Position numbers and translations under genes: made by a program. From assembly GCA_046758505.1 (NCBI GenBank), contig JBHIAH010000002.1:59312-123311 (forward strand): a DNA stretch of 64,000 nt, given 5' to 3'. The DNA is from Candidatus Methylomirabilales bacterium. GTDB taxonomy: Bacteria; Methylomirabilota; Methylomirabilia; Methylomirabilales; CSP1-5. The notes under the pieces were generated by a model. That model saw only the letters and a program-made list of their open reading frames with translations, did not search any database and was not told where the DNA came from. Positions 10,261 to 21,572 of this stretch are shown here, piece after piece. The first letter of the stretch is position 1, and each line of letters opens with the position of its first letter.

Positions 10261-12114
10261 CTAAGTCTCCGCCGTCCGGCCGAAAGCGACAACGGCTTTC
10301 GGGTCAAGGATGAGGGTAACCTCTCCTTGCGAGTCAAGCTGCTCTGGTACCGTAGACCGACTCCCCTGCCACCGCTCGTCCGCCGCATCCAGCATTTTAG
10401 TCCACCGTCCCGGGGGGACCTGCAGGACGACCAAGGTGGAGGCATCGCCGAAGTGAAAAACGGTCAACGCCTCGTCGTCACCGTTCCACCGACGCACGGA
10501 CAACACCTTTGCGCGCTCGTCGACGGTGATCTCCATCCGCTCCGTACTTAAAAAGCTCAGGGCGAGATACGTCTTCCGAAGCCGGATCAGCTCTTTGTAA
10601 TACTCGAACAGTCCGCGGTGTCGCCCGTCGTCGCGCAGCTTATGATCGAGTTTTGCCCTGAAGAACACCGCCTCATCTTGCGGGTCCGGTGGTTCGCCCT
10701 GCCAGGTAAAGGCCGCGAATTCCTCCCGCCGTCCGCGTCGAACAGCATCAAGCAATTCCGGATCCGAGTGGCTGACGAAGTACTGGAAAGGCGCCGTCTC
10801 GCCGTACTCCTCCCCCATGAACAGCAGGGGGATAAAGGGCGAGAGGATGACCACACCAGCGGCGAGCTTGAGTGTGTCAAAAGAGACGAGTTGACTCAGC
10901 CGCTCACCCAACATCCGATTCCCCACCTGATCGTGATTCTGCGCGCAGACCACGAATTTTTGCGCGGGGAAGGATTTGGAGGAATTCCCGTGCCGACGCC
11001 TGCGGTAGATTGAATACTGGCCCGAGTAGACGTAGCCTTCGGCAAAAGCCTTGGCCAGGTGCGCCAACGTCCCGAAGTCTCGGTAATACCCGGCGTGTTC
11101 GCCCGTCAGGAGCGTGTGGAGAGCGTGGTGGAAGTCGTCGTTCCACTGGGCATCGAGACCATACCCGCCGAGCTCCCGTGACCGGATCAGCTTCGTGTCA
11201 TTGAGATCGCTCTCCGCGATAAGGTATACGTGCCGACCGATCCGCTCGCCGAGCTCCTGAACCCGCACCGCCAATTCCTCCAGAAAGGGGCGAGCCGAGA
11301 AGTCCATAATGGCATGGAGCGCATCGAGTCGGAGGGCATCGATATGAAATTCCGTAATCCAGTACAGGGCATTTTCGATAAAGAATCGCCGCACCTCATC
11401 ACTCCAGGGCCCATCGAAGTTGATGGCCGCCCCCCACGGGGTGCGATACCGCTCGGTAAAGTAGGGCCCGAAGTCCCACAGGGTATTTCCCTCCGGGCCC
11501 AGGTGGTTGTAGACCACGTCCAGGACTACGGCCAGCCCCCGCTGGTGACAGGCGCTGACCAAGCGGCGTAGACCGTCCGGGCCACCATACGAGTCCTGTA
11601 CGGCAAACGGAAAAACTCCGTCGTACCCCCAGTTCCGATTCCCCGGAAACTGAGCGACCGGCATTAGCTCAATGGCGGTCATGCCCACATCCTCGAGCGC
11701 ATCGAGGTGCGGGATGATGGCGTCAAATGTCCCTTCGGGCGTGAAGGTGCCGACGTGCAGCTCGTAGATAATGTAGTCTTCGAGCCGCAGCCCGAACCAC
11801 TCCCGGTCCTCCCAGGGAAAATGGGGATCAACGACCCGAGAGGGACCGTGGACCCCCTGCGGTTGGAACCGCGACGCGGGGTCGGGTCGCTCCATCTTTT
11901 CGCCAAGGCGGTAGAGGTAGAGGCTCCCGGGCTCGACCCCTTCGAGAACGGCTTGATGATATCCGTAACCCTCCTGGTCTAAGGGGACGATCCGCTCCCG
12001 GGGCGCCACGAGATGGACCCTGACCGTATCGGCCCACGGCGCCCAGACACGGAATTGGCACCGGCCCTCCCGGCAGCAGAGAGCACCCAGGCTCAGGGCG
12101 TTTTTCTGGCTCAT
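10261..12114 (-). CDS. treZ: malto-oligosyltrehalose trehalohydrolase
   Basis: [17 protein letters not shown]..., [39 protein letters not shown] and IDALRLDA. Its ATG overlaps the glgB TGA (ATGA at 12111-12114). Confidence 0.9.
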   Translation of the reverse strand: MSQKNALSLGALCCREGRCQFRVWAPWADTVRVHLVAPRERIVPLDQEGYGYHQAVLEGVEPGSLYLYRLGEKMERPDPASRFQPQGVHGPSRVVDPHFPWEDREWFGLRLEDYIIYELHVGTFTPEGTFDAIIPHLDALEDVGMTAIELMPVAQFPGNRNWGYDGVFPFAVQDSYGGPDGLRRLVSACHQRGLAVVLDVVYNHLGPEGNTLWDFGPYFTERYRTPWGAAINFDGPWSDEVRRFFIENALYWITEFHIDALRLDALHAIMDFSARPFLEELAVRVQELGERIGRHVYLIAESDLNDTKLIRSRELGGYGLDAQWNDDFHHALHTLLTGEHAGYYRDFGTLAHLAKAFAEGYVYSGQYSIYRRRRHGNSSKSFPAQKFVVCAQNHDQVGNRMLGERLSQLVSFDTLKLAAGVVILSPFIPLLFMGEEYGETAPFQYFVSHSDPELLDAVRRGRREEFAAFTWQGEPPDPQDEAVFFRAKLDHKLRDDGRHRGLFEYYKELIRLRKTYLALSFLSTERMEITVDERAKVLSVRRWNGDDEALTVFHFGDASTLVVLQVPPGRWTKMLDAADERWQGSRSTVPEQLDSQGEVTLILDPKAVVAFGRTAET

Positions 12115-14090
12115 CGGCCGCGCCCCTCGTGTTTCAGGAAAACGGCAGCGAGGGGGGGGAGGGTCACGGTAAGGGAGTACGGGCGACCGTGCACGGGAGT
12201 TGGCACCGCTTCAATGCCCCCCAGGTTGCCCCGACCACTCCCCCCGTACGCTGTGGCATCGCTATTCAGCATCTCCCGCCAGAACCCGCCCTCCGGGGCA
12301 CCCACGCGGTAATTACGCCGGGGCACGGGGGTGAAATTACAGACAACGAGCACGACAGCATCCGCGGATTTCCCCTTCCGGATCCAGCTGATGACGCTGG
12401 AGGCCGCGTCGTTACAGTCGATCCACTCGAATCCCGCCGGATGGCAGTCCAGCTCGTGAAGCGCCGGCTCGCTCCGGTAGAGGCGGTTCAGGTCTGCCAC
12501 CAATCGCTGCAGGCCGGCATGCGGGGCCTCGCTCAAACGGTCCCACTCGATGCTGCCGTCGTGGGCCCACTCCCGCCGCTGGCCCAACTCTCCGCCCATG
12601 AAGAGGAGCTTCTTGGCCGGCTGGGCATACATGTATCCGAACAGCACCCGCATGTTGGCAAACTTCTGCCAGTCGTCCCCGGGCATCTTGGCCAAGAGCG
12701 AGCCCTTGCCGTGGACCACCTCATCATGGGACAGGGGGAGGATAAAGTTTTCGTGAAAGGCGTACAGCATCCGAAAGGTCAGCGTGTTGTGATGGTAGGT
12801 TCTGTAGATGGGATCCCGCGACATGTACTGGAGCGTGTCATGCATCCACCCCATATCCCACTTCAGGCCGAAGCCGAGCCCCCCCACGTAGGTCGGCCGG
12901 GATACCATCGGCCACGCCGTGGACTCTTCGGCAACCGTCTGGACGTCGGGGTGGCTCTGGTAGACCTCTTCATTAAGTCGGCGCAGAAAGGCAATGGCAT
13001 CGAGGTTCTCCCGCCCGCCGTACTGGTTGGGAATCCACTCCCCTTCTTTCCGGGAGTAATCAAGATAGAGCATGGAGGCCACCGCATCCACGCGCAGGCC
13101 GTCGGCGTGGTACCGGTCCAGCCAGAAGAGCGCGCTACTGATCAAGAAGCTGCGCACTTCACTCCGGCCGTAGTTAAAGACAAACGTGTTCCAGTCGGGG
13201 TGAATGCCCTGCCTGGGATCGGCATGTTCGTACAGGTGCGTGCCGTCGAAATAGCCGAGGCCGTGCTCGTCGGTTGGAAAGTGCGAGGGCACCCAATCCA
13301 GGATCACCCCAATGCCGTGCCGGTGCAGGTAATCGATCAGATACATGAGGTCCTGGGGGGTGCCGTAGTTGCCGGAGGGCGCGAAGTACCCGGTGGTCTG
13401 ATACCCCCACGAGGCGAAGAAGGGGTGGTCCATGATCGGAAGGAACTCAACATGGGTAAAGCCCATTTGCTGGACGTACTCCGCCAGGGCGGGAGCCAGC
13501 TCGCGGTAGCTCAGGGAGCGGTACCCTTCCGTGGGCACCCGCCTCCAAGAGCCCAGGTGCACCTCGTAGATGGCGAGGGGGGCGTCGAGGGCGTTACCGC
13601 GGCGTCGCGTCTCCATCCAATCCCGGTCGTCCCAAGGATATTCGAGATCCCACACAATCGAGGCCGTCTTCGGCGGGATCTCGTTGAACACCGCAAAGGG
13701 ATCGGCCTTCTCCACCCGGTAGCCGTTAAACCGGGAACAGATGTAATACTTGTAAAGCGCTCCCGTGCCGACTCCCGGAATAAACCCCTCCCAGATCCCC
13801 GACTGCCCGCGGGGATGCAAGGGATGGCTCGCCCTGTCCCACGTATTGAAGGTTCCCGTCACGAATACCCGCTCGGCACCGGGGGCCCAGACGGCGAAGG
13901 ACGTGCCGTCCGTCCCATCCACCGTCATCGGGTGGGCCCCGAACTTCTCATACAGGCGGAAATGGCTCCCCTCGTTGAAGAGGTAGAGATCATCATCCGT
14001 CAACAGGGTCGCCTCGGGGGGGACCCTCGGTGCCCTCGCCCTCGACCGGGATTTCCGGGTCGACTCCTCTCTCGCCTTCTTGCCCCTCAT
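12111..14090 (-). CDS. glgB: 1,4-alpha-glucan branching enzyme
   Basis: Homology-like sequence starts at MRGKKAREE...[20 protein letters not shown]...[11 protein letters not shown]13 motifs [18 protein letters not shown] and VAEEST. The ATG at 14090 overlaps the malQ TGA (ATGA). The listed 790-aa ORF (to 14483) is an upstream extension running inside malQ. Confidence 0.9.
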   Translation of the reverse strand: MRGKKAREESTRKSRSRARAPRVPPEATLLTDDDLYLFNEGSHFRLYEKFGAHPMTVDGTDGTSFAVWAPGAERVFVTGTFNTWDRASHPLHPRGQSGIWEGFIPGVGTGALYKYYICSRFNGYRVEKADPFAVFNEIPPKTASIVWDLEYPWDDRDWMETRRRGNALDAPLAIYEVHLGSWRRVPTEGYRSLSYRELAPALAEYVQQMGFTHVEFLPIMDHPFFASWGYQTTGYFAPSGNYGTPQDLMYLIDYLHRHGIGVILDWVPSHFPTDEHGLGYFDGTHLYEHADPRQGIHPDWNTFVFNYGRSEVRSFLISSALFWLDRYHADGLRVDAVASMLYLDYSRKEGEWIPNQYGGRENLDAIAFLRRLNEEVYQSHPDVQTVAEESTAWPMVSRPTYVGGLGFGLKWDMGWMHDTLQYMSRDPIYRTYHHNTLTFRMLYAFHENFILPLSHDEVVHGKGSLLAKMPGDDWQKFANMRVLFGYMYAQPAKKLLFMGGELGQRREWAHDGSIEWDRLSEAPHAGLQRLVADLNRLYRSEPALHELDCHPAGFEWIDCNDAASSVISWIRKGKSADAVVLVVCNFTPVPRRNYRVGAPEGGFWREMLNSDATAYGGSGRGNLGGIEAVPTPVHGRPYSLTVTLPPLAAVFLKHEGRGR

Positions 14091-16225
14091 CGAGCGCTCC
14101 TCCCCTGCCTCCGCAGGCCCTCGATATCCCGAAGCGTATCCAGCACGGTGGACATTGTACACAAGGCTTCCAGGCTGTGCCGCGCCTTCCGCTGCCAATT
14201 GGGGCACTCCTCGCGGGTGGCGGGGACATTCTGGGGTTGGGTCTCGAGCCACAGGTCTTCCAGGTTGACGAGCACAACGCGCGCCGGACCCGCACCCAAG
14301 AAGCGCAGGCACGCCTTCAGCGCGGCGTGTCCGTTCGCCGGATCTGCCTTGAGCCAGCCCTGACCTTCGAGGAAGCCCGCCAGGGCACGCTTCAGGGTCT
14401 GCCGATGTTTCCGCTCGAGTGCTGCGCCCCTCCGGTCGACGAGGCCCCGACGCCGTCGGTCTGCAATGTCCAGACCCCGCCAATACGCGGCGAAGGGGGG
14501 CATGTCGTGCGTGTTCAGGCTCGCCACCGCCTCGCGCGGTGCCCCCCGAAATACCCGGCGGGTGTCAGTTGCCAGTTCGTACTGCAGCACGTGCATCCGG
14601 TGTAGGTTATGTCGGGCCATGGTCGAATGCACATACGCCGGAACGGTACCGAGGTTCTCCCCGACGATCGATGCCTTATATCGGTGGGACTCGAGGCTGA
14701 CAATGGCATACAGCTCCTCGGCAGGATAACGCACATAGACCCCCTCCCGCGACTCGAGCCCCTTGGGGATCCAGAAGAGTCGGTGAAGCCCCATCACGTG
14801 GTCGATGCGAAGGAGGCCGGCGTGCGCGAGCTGATGGCGGAGGGTGGCGATGACGTACCGGTAGCCCTGCGCCCTGATCGCTCCAGGATGCAAGGGTGGG
14901 AAGCCCCAATCTTGCCCTGCGGTAAACACCGCATCCGGAGGCGCACCGCCTGAGACATCCAGGGCAAAGGCCTCGCGCTCGCGCCAGACGTCATAGCTAT
15001 GGGGGTGCACCCCCAGGGGGAGATCAAGGTATACATCCACGTCCACACCCTTCGTCTTCTCTGCAAGGGCGTGGATCTGCCCATGCGCCACCCACTGGAC
15101 ATACAGGTGGTAGTGCCTGGCCGTCTCATCATAGTCCCCCTCGCGGAGGACGCCGTCGCGAAGTGGTGGAGGCCATGAGGGCCAGGGAGTACCCTGCCGC
15201 TCACCCGTGGCCCGGAAGCGGGCGTAATCGGCGACCTGGGGATGGTCCTCGACGAAGCGCTGAAAGGCAGCATGCCGCTCCGTCCTTTCGGCAACAAAGC
15301 CACGGACCAGCTCCTCAAGCACTGTTCGCTTGAGAGCCATCTGCCGCCGGTAGTCGATCAACGAAGAGGACCGCAGCGCATCAAGCTCCCGCTGAACTTC
15401 CTCTGATGCAAGGAGGGCCTGGGCGGTGGGACACCGCTTGAGTTCCGGGATCCGCGTCACGTCCAGGTACAACTCGTTCCAGAAGAGGCGGCTCGCCGGG
15501 GCATAGGGGCTCGGGTCACACGGCTCATCCAAAAAAGCCGCCAAAAGGGGCAGCGTCGCCACAACGCTCCCCCCGAGGCCCGCAACCCACTCGACCAAGG
15601 CCGCCAGATCAGTGAAGTCGCCACCGCCCCAGCTGTGCGCGGAATGGAGGGCGTAGAGCGGGAGAAAGACTCCCCAGGTCTTTCTCGCGCAGTCTTCGGA
15701 AGGGGAGTACGCCCGCATGGGAGCAGAAGTAATCATGGTCTCGAAAGGCCCCCCACGCGTTTCGAGCCTCAGGCGATGGTACCCCCAGGGCAACGGGCCG
15801 GGGAGGGGAAGCCTCGTGGCCAGGTAGCGCTCACCTTCTATGTCGACGGCCTGGCGCAGAGACAGCGAAGCGAGGTCCACCGTCCAGGTCTGGATTTCTC
15901 CCGACTCGGGTGTCAGATGGCAGGCCACAGAGCCGCTGGAGTGCCCCACCGGCAGGCGGAGCTCGAATGCGGTTGGTCCACCGTCCCACGCCACCACGAC
16001 CGGCTCCACCCCCTGCCTCCACAGGGCCTGCCGGCGCTCCCGAAGTGCCGCGGGGACGTCACGGGTCGAATCGACGGGCGCGCCGAGCGCCCGCAGGGTC
16101 AGGAGAAGGGCATCGGGTGAGGCCGACTTTCGCCGATGAAAGACATCGACGTACGTGGCCTGGACACCGTACAGGCGGGCCAGTTGCCGGAGCGAAGCGA
16201 TGGACGCCCCCGCCCCCCGGGTCAT
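14087..16225 (-). CDS. malQ: 4-alpha-glucanotransferase (amylomaltase)
   Basis: [28 protein letters not shown]..., [27 protein letters not shown] and VGENLGTVP. The ATG at 16225 overlaps the treS-mak TGA (ATGA). The listed 788-aa ORF is an N-terminal over-extension. Confidence 0.88.
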   Translation of the reverse strand: MTRGAGASIASLRQLARLYGVQATYVDVFHRRKSASPDALLLTLRALGAPVDSTRDVPAALRERRQALWRQGVEPVVVAWDGGPTAFELRLPVGHSSGSVACHLTPESGEIQTWTVDLASLSLRQAVDIEGERYLATRLPLPGPLPWGYHRLRLETRGGPFETMITSAPMRAYSPSEDCARKTWGVFLPLYALHSAHSWGGGDFTDLAALVEWVAGLGGSVVATLPLLAAFLDEPCDPSPYAPASRLFWNELYLDVTRIPELKRCPTAQALLASEEVQRELDALRSSSLIDYRRQMALKRTVLEELVRGFVAERTERHAAFQRFVEDHPQVADYARFRATGERQGTPWPSWPPPLRDGVLREGDYDETARHYHLYVQWVAHGQIHALAEKTKGVDVDVYLDLPLGVHPHSYDVWREREAFALDVSGGAPPDAVFTAGQDWGFPPLHPGAIRAQGYRYVIATLRHQLAHAGLLRIDHVMGLHRLFWIPKGLESREGVYVRYPAEELYAIVSLESHRYKASIVGENLGTVPAYVHSTMARHNLHRMHVLQYELATDTRRVFRGAPREAVASLNTHDMPPFAAYWRGLDIADRRRRGLVDRRGAALERKHRQTLKRALAGFLEGQGWLKADPANGHAALKACLRFLGAGPARVVLVNLEDLWLETQPQNVPATREECPNWQRKARHSLEALCTMSTVLDTLRDIEGLRRQGRSAR

Positions 16226-19200
16226 CCGGCGGCCTCCAGCAGCTGCAGGATGCCCTGGAGCGGGATCTTGACCCAGTCGGGCCGACTGTTGAGCTCGTAC
16301 CCCAGCTCGTAGACGGCCTTCTCCAGGAGGAGCACGTCCAAGAGCACCTGGAGTTCCTGCCGACTCTGAGGCACCAGGGGCGTCTCGCCGGCAATGTCGA
16401 GGTAGGCCCTGAAGAACGTCGCGGAGACCCCGAGGTACCAGAAGCGCGCCCACGCCTCCAGGGTGGCGACGGCCTCAGGGTGGGATTGCACTACACCCCT
16501 CGCCGCATGCTCGAACAGAGAAGCGTAGGCGGCGTAGTGGAAAGAGCGGAGCATACCGGCCACATCCCTGAGCGCCGAGCGCTTGAGCCTCCGCTCGCTC
16601 AGGGGCCGGGCCGGCTCCCCCTCGAAATCGATGATGACGAAGTCCTTGCCCGTGTACAGCACCTGTCCAAGATGATAGTCGCCGTGGCAGCGGATCCGCA
16701 TGGCCGTAATCCGCCGGTCGCGGATCCGTCGGAACCGCTTCCGAATGTCTCCCTCAAGGTCCAGAACCCTCCTGGCCGGCTCCTCTTCAGCCTTCGGAAT
16801 ATCCTTCAGGCGCCGGCGCAGGAGCTGGAAAGCCCGATCCGTTAGGCCAAGCATGCCATGATAGAGCGCCTGCCGGTAAAAGTCCGACAGGGGTTCGGGG
16901 GCGAAATCTGGACTGTCCGCGTCATGCGTCAACGCCACGTGGAGTTCTGCCGTGCGCCGGCCCAGGAGTTCAGCCGACGCGAGGTAGGGACCGACGGTCT
17001 CCTGAACTAGCGCGGGGAGGTCCTGCTCACTCAGGGCCAGAAGCGGCTCGCCCGGAATGGGCGGGGCCTGCCACTCGGGGTGTGCCAGCGCTCGCTCGAA
17101 ATACCGACCCAGGGCGTCCAACGTATACGTCCAGGCATCGCCTTGATTCGGGACGAAACCTTGAAGGATGCCCACGGTGATTGGCTGGGCTCGGGCCCGC
17201 CGGTACTCCAGGGCCCCCGCGACGGGGGGAATGTGGGCAAAAGAAGTCCGCTCCGTGAGAAATCGTCCGATCTCCAGGTCGGGATTTATCCCCTGCTCGA
17301 GGCGCCGAAAAATCTTCAAGACCAATCGGTCTCCGTATACCGCCGACGTGTTGCTCTGCTCCGCCTTGATGATTGCGGGATCGAGGCGGTCTTCTGCCGG
17401 GCCCCGAACCTTCCGAAACGCCCGCGTGGGTGAGGCCAGAACCTCACCCCACCTCCCCTTCAGGTGGCGGCGCCGACCCACAGCCTCAAGAAGACCCATA
17501 CAGAAGCCTGTATCCCACATTGCATCATAGAGCACTCCTTCCTCACTCCTGCCCTCTCCCGTCAACCGAAGGCGGGCGACGATCGCGTGACTGCCGGGCC
17601 TTTGCGCTGCCCCTTTTTCAGAGGCATAGGTGAGCGGAAGCATATAGAGCTCCGGCTCACCCTCGGTGTACCGGGCCTCAACCATGCCAAGCACAGCGCC
17701 GGACGGCCCGGACGACACGGAAATGGTGTCGAGGATCTTTGCCGCCTTTATCTGGCGTGCCTTCCCTCCGAACCAGCGACTCTCGTTCAGATACGCGGGC
17801 AGGATCTCTTCCAGGGCGATCTTGACCTCGCCCCGGAAGATGGCATCCCAGGAACCCCTCACCGTGAGGGTGGGGAGTCTGGCTTCTCCGGCATCGATGG
17901 GCGCGGGTGCCTCGATGCGCTGCCGCTCCAGCGCAAACCAATAAAAGGTGTGGGGCCCCAGGGTGAAGAAGTACGGATGCTCCCCGATCGGGGGAAACGC
18001 GGTTCGACCGAACATCTCGACGGGCACCATCGCTTTAAACTCCGAAAGGTTCAACTCAACACAATGGACGAAACGCGAGAGGTTGGCCAGCACCAGGATG
18101 CACTCATCCTGGTAGCGCCGGAGAAAGGCCAGCACCTTGCGATTCTCCGGATGGAGAAACTCCAGGCTGCCTTGCCCGAACGCCTTGAAGCGCTTCCTGA
18201 GGGCAATCAGGCGCTTCATCCACCACAATCGTGAATGAGGATTGTTCTGCTGGGCCTCGACGTTGACGGCTTCATAATGATACTCGGGATCAATTATGAC
18301 AGGGAGATAGAGCCGCTGGGGATTCGCCCGGGAAAAACCGGCGTTCCGGTCGGCGCTCCACTGCATCGGCGTGCGGACGCCGCTGCGGTCGCCCAGATAA
18401 ATGTTGTCCCCCATCCCGATCTCGTCCCCGTAGTAGATCACCGGGGTTCCCGGCAAGGAAAAGAGCAGGCCGTTCATGAGTTCGATCCGTCTGTGGTGAT
18501 TGCCGAGCAGGGGCGCCAGCCGCCGACGGATGCCCAGATTGATCCGCGCTTGCGGGTCTTGGGCATAGACCCGGTACATGTAATCCCGGTCTTCATCGGT
18601 CACCATCTCGAGCGTAAGCTCATCGTGGTTCCGCAGGAAGAGCGCCCACTGGCAACCCTCGGGGATCGACGGGGTTTCCTGGAGGACCTCGATGATGGGG
18701 AAGCGATCTTCGGTGCGGACCGCCATGAACAGGCGCGGCATCACGGGGAAATGATACGCCATGTGACACTCATCCCCCTCGCCGAAGTAGGCCGCGGCGT
18801 CCTCCGGCCACTGGTTTGCCTCCGCCAGGAGCATGCGGTCCCTGTATTTCCCGTCGACGTACTGCCGAAGCTTCTTCAGGAAGACGTGCGTTTCTGGAAG
18901 ATTCTCGCAGTTGGTCCCCTCGCGTTCGTAGAGGTATGGCACGGCATCCAGCCGCAATCCGTCCACCCCCATCCCCATCCAGAAATCCACCGCCTGGAGC
19001 ATTGCCCGTCGCACCGAAGGGCTGTCGTAGTTCAGGTCCGGTTGGTGCGCGTAAAATCGGTGCCAGTAGTAGGCCTGGGCCACAGGATCCCAGGCCCAGT
19101 TGGAGGACTCGTAATCCTTGAAGATGATCCGGGCATCGCGGTACCTGTCACGGGTGTTGCTCCAGACGTAGAAGTTGCGCCATCGGCCCCCGGGATCCGC

Positions 19201-19557
19201 CCGGCGGGCGCGCTGGAACCACGGATGCTGGTCGGAGGTGTGATTCAGGACCAGCTCGGTGATGACCCGCAGGCCCCGCCGGTGGGCTTCGCGCAGGAAG
19301 ACGTGAAAGTCGTGCACGGTTCCGTACGCGGCGTGCACGTTCGTGTAGTCGGCGATGTCATACCCGTCGTCCTTTAGCGGTGACGGGTAGAATGGGAGGA
19401 GCCAAATCGCCGTGACCCCCAAGTCGTGGAGGTAGTCCAGCTTCTCGGTCAGCCCCCGAAAGTCCCCCACCCCGTCGCCGTCACTGTCGAAGAACGCCCG
19501 GACGTGGAGTTCGTAGATAACAGCGTGCTTGTACCAGAGGGGATCCCCCGCCGTCAT
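16222..19557 (-). CDS. treS: trehalose synthase fused to maltokinase (TreS-Mak/Pep2)
   Basis: N-terminal half: DPLWYKHAVIYELHVRAFFDSDGDGVGDFRGLTEKLDYLHDLGVTAIWLLPFYPSPLKDDGYDIADY. C-terminal ~450 aa is a kinase-like domain (RCHGDYHLGQVLYTGKDFVIIDFEGEP). ATG at 19557 is preceded by GGGAGA; the listed GTG at 19581 is an alternative start. Confidence 0.9.
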   Translation of the reverse strand: MTAGDPLWYKHAVIYELHVRAFFDSDGDGVGDFRGLTEKLDYLHDLGVTAIWLLPFYPSPLKDDGYDIADYTNVHAAYGTVHDFHVFLREAHRRGLRVITELVLNHTSDQHPWFQRARRADPGGRWRNFYVWSNTRDRYRDARIIFKDYESSNWAWDPVAQAYYWHRFYAHQPDLNYDSPSVRRAMLQAVDFWMGMGVDGLRLDAVPYLYEREGTNCENLPETHVFLKKLRQYVDGKYRDRMLLAEANQWPEDAAAYFGEGDECHMAYHFPVMPRLFMAVRTEDRFPIIEVLQETPSIPEGCQWALFLRNHDELTLEMVTDEDRDYMYRVYAQDPQARINLGIRRRLAPLLGNHHRRIELMNGLLFSLPGTPVIYYGDEIGMGDNIYLGDRSGVRTPMQWSADRNAGFSRANPQRLYLPVIIDPEYHYEAVNVEAQQNNPHSRLWWMKRLIALRKRFKAFGQGSLEFLHPENRKVLAFLRRYQDECILVLANLSRFVHCVELNLSEFKAMVPVEMFGRTAFPPIGEHPYFFTLGPHTFYWFALERQRIEAPAPIDAGEARLPTLTVRGSWDAIFRGEVKIALEEILPAYLNESRWFGGKARQIKAAKILDTISVSSGPSGAVLGMVEARYTEGEPELYMLPLTYASEKGAAQRPGSHAIVARLRLTGEGRSEEGVLYDAMWDTGFCMGLLEAVGRRRHLKGRWGEVLASPTRAFRKVRGPAEDRLDPAIIKAEQSNTSAVYGDRLVLKIFRRLEQGINPDLEIGRFLTERTSFAHIPPVAGALEYRRARAQPITVGILQGFVPNQGDAWTYTLDALGRYFERALAHPEWQAPPIPGEPLLALSEQDLPALVQETVGPYLASAELLGRRTAELHVALTHDADSPDFAPEPLSDFYRQALYHGMLGLTDRAFQLLRRRLKDIPKAEEEPARRVLDLEGDIRKRFRRIRDRRITAMRIRCHGDYHLGQVLYTGKDFVIIDFEGEPARPLSERRLKRSALRDVAGMLRSFHYAAYASLFEHAARGVVQSHPEAVATLEAWARFWYLGVSATFFRAYLDIAGETPLVPQSRQELQVLLDVLLLEKAVYELGYELNSRPDWVKIPLQGILQLLEAAG

Positions 19558-19865
19558 GAAGGCATCTCTCCCTTCCCGCACCGGCCGTTTCCGTCATGCG
19601 ACCGCGGTGGCATCGAATCCCCTCCGCGTGACCCTTCGGCACCGCAGCGGGCCGGGTGGCACCACGGTCCCGATCCCATCCAACCATGCGCAGCAGCACG
19701 GCGTCCCCAGTTCCCCGAGTCTCACCGCGGCCTCCACCCCCAATACCGCATGAACGCGCGGTTGCCCGAATTGGGTGAGCACAAGCGGCCCCCATTATGA
19801 CGACGGCGAGCATGCCTGCCCGCCGCCCCGCCGAACTCCCCCCACGCCTTTTTGATACCACCCGC

Positions 19866-20132
19866 TTACGGCCCGTAGACCCCATGCCATCGGTACCGGG
19901 CCTCCGGCCACCCCTTCCGGGTGAGGGCCGGCTGGCGCTGCTCCACGAGGAAATTAATATGCCTGTCATGCTCGGCCTGGATGACCCTCATCCCCTTGGG
20001 ACGACGATTCAACACGCCCCGAGCCTGATGCAGAAACATGAGGAGTTCGCGCCGTTTCTCAAGAAATTGGAACTGCACCTCCTCTTCCCCTCCTGCCACC
20101 CTGCGTCCCCCCCAGAATCCGGACCTCCACAC
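19866..20132 (-). CDS. hypothetical small protein
   Basis: ORF with GC-rich third positions. Its GTG start lies 8 nt after the stop of the upstream coiled-coil gene. No motif recognised and the start is uncertain. Confidence 0.3.
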   Translation of the reverse strand: MWRSGFWGGRRVAGGEEEVQFQFLEKRRELLMFLHQARGVLNRRPKGMRVIQAEHDRHINFLVEQRQPALTRKGWPEARYRWHGVYGP

Positions 20133-20140
20133 GCGCCGGT

Positions 20141-20677
20141 TTACTTCGATGCGCCCCCAGGGGGCGACCCTTGCTCCAGCTCCTTTGCCAAACTGGTGAT
20201 TCGTTCCTGGATCTTCACGTCCAGCCGCTCCAGGCCTTTCTTGATCTCGTCCAGCTTGGCGCCGATGGCCTCGCGGACGGCAGGAGTTGTGCCGCCCATT
20301 GCGGTGAGGGCCCCCTTGGCCGCCTCGATCTTTTGCATGGCCCTGCCAAAATTCCGCTGTCCAACTTCAGCTGATGCTTGCGTCAGAGAGTCGATCACCT
20401 CATCGAGACCCGCCTTCAGTTTCGCGCGCGCCAGGGCGCGTTCGAGCTGAGATTTCTGCGCTTCCAGGACTTGCTTCTCCAGGGAGCTGATTTGCGCCGT
20501 CATTTTCTCCTTCTGCGCTGCCACGCGCTGTTGCAACTCTTGCACCTTTTGCTCCCTGAAAAAGTATCCCGTCCCGAATCCCGCAACCACCGCAACGATC
20601 ACGACCACGACGGCGATGGCAACGAAGCGCAAGGTCTTTCCCAGACCCGCTCGTCCTTCACGTTCTTCATTGGTCAT
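20141..20677 (-). CDS. membrane-anchored coiled-coil protein (YtxH/LEA-like amphipathic helices)
   Basis: GGAGG lies 7 nt upstream of the ATG. One N-terminal TM helix (FVAIAVVVVIVAVVAGFGTGYFF), then about 140 aa of heptad-rich Ala/Lys/Glu/Gln helix. Confidence 0.65.
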   Translation of the reverse strand: MTNEEREGRAGLGKTLRFVAIAVVVVIVAVVAGFGTGYFFREQKVQELQQRVAAQKEKMTAQISSLEKQVLEAQKSQLERALARAKLKAGLDEVIDSLTQASAEVGQRNFGRAMQKIEAAKGALTAMGGTTPAVREAIGAKLDEIKKGLERLDVKIQERITSLAKELEQGSPPGGASK

Positions 20678-20700
20678 CTTTCCACCTCCGGCGTGAAGGG

Positions 20701-20976
20701 CTATCGGCCTCGTCCCGGACCAGGCCGATCAGCCGGTCTCCCTTTCTGCTCTTTCTCCTTCTCCTCCGGAATCGGGGGCGGCGGGGATTGCTTGGGGCCC
20801 CTCACGGCCCGCTCCAGCCGGTCCAACGCGTCGGCGGTCTTCAGCCGAAGCGCCTCCGTGGCAGAACCCACGGACTTTACCTGACCCCGCAGATCCTGAA
20901 TGCCCCCGGCTTGCATGTACGCGAGAATCGCAATCACGAGCGCCACGATGGCGATGATCAGGGCCACGATCTCCAT
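20701..20976 (-). CDS. small membrane-anchored protein
   Basis: GGGAGGG lies 6 nt upstream of the ATG. N-terminal TM helix MEIVALIIAIVALVIAILAY, a short helical segment, then a Pro/Lys/Glu/Arg-rich tail. Confidence 0.55.
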   Translation of the reverse strand: MEIVALIIAIVALVIAILAYMQAGGIQDLRGQVKSVGSATEALRLKTADALDRLERAVRGPKQSPPPPIPEEKEKEQKGRPADRPGPGRGR

Positions 20977-21189
20977 GGCAAACCCTCCCTGTTTCGGTGC
21001 AGATTTACTGGATCATCAGGTCGATATTCGAATTATAGTCGATGAAGACCGAATTGTCATTGGCAGTTCTCTCACAGAACCGGAAACCCACGTCCAGGAT
21101 TCTGTTCCAATCAGATGTTTGAAAACCCCTCAGCGGAAGGAAAGCGGCAGGCGAGAGATGAAAGGCCGGCGGTTGAAGCGGACCTGCAC

Positions 21190-21264
21190 TGGTGGGCGAA
21201 ACAGGGTTCGAACCTGTGACCCCCTGCTTGTAAGGCAGGTGCTCTCCCACTGAGCTATTCGCCC
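21190..21264 (-). tRNA. tRNA-Val (anticodon TAC), CCA encoded
   Basis: Reverse complement reads GGGCGAA TA GCTC AGTGGGA GAGC A CCTGC CTTACAA GCAGG GGGTC ACAGG TTCGAAC CCTGT TTCGCCC A CCA, a canonical 75-nt cloverleaf. Confidence 0.92.
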
Positions 21265-21572
21265 CCACTCCCCCTCGAATGCCATACGGGATCACCAGCC
21301 TCCCAATATAGCCCCGCCCCACCCCCTGTCAAGGTGAAACGCGCCCCGGAGAGGCTCGCCTACCCTTGCTCTTTCACCACGACATGCACACCACAGATCC
21401 CGGGTCGGGACCCGGGGCAACACGAGACGGGTGGAGACGACGGAAGTGCACCGGATGAGGGGGCGAGGACACACAGGGCCCCCGGGCATTCGCCCGACGG
21501 ACGGAGAAACGCGACGGGCCCAGATCCCGCGGGAGAATCCGTGAAGCGATGAGAATCCAGGGCCGGGGACCG

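Noticed and set aside
6981-10313. 1110-aa ORF on the + strand. Similar long antisense ORFs: 2564..4177, 12129..14363, 15910..16845, 18235..19377, 31190..32992, 43089..44528, 45401..46981 and 52569..54671.
   Set aside because: All lie antisense to genes with unmistakable family motifs (treY/glgX, glgE, glgB, malQ, treS, trxB, zwf/gnd, tal-pgi, aorB). Their translations are Arg/Pro/Gly/His-rich with no recognisable domains. These are typical shadow ORFs of GC-rich DNA.
14091-14483. N-terminal extensions of listed ORFs: glgB to 14483, malQ to 16453, tkt to 50699, glgP from 33213, MFP from 23340, aorA from 52366, pdxA to 60717.
   Set aside because: The extensions overlap the upstream gene or a repeat array and are low-complexity. 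Family-typical N-termini begin at internal ATG or GTG codons that carry SD sequences or ATGA/GTGA coupling.
21100-21189. CGGAAGGAAAGCGGCAGG, resembling the SRP (4.5S) RNA helix-8 GGAA tetraloop region.
   Set aside because: The flanking bases do not pair to form the required stem around GGAA, and no complementary 3' strand is present.
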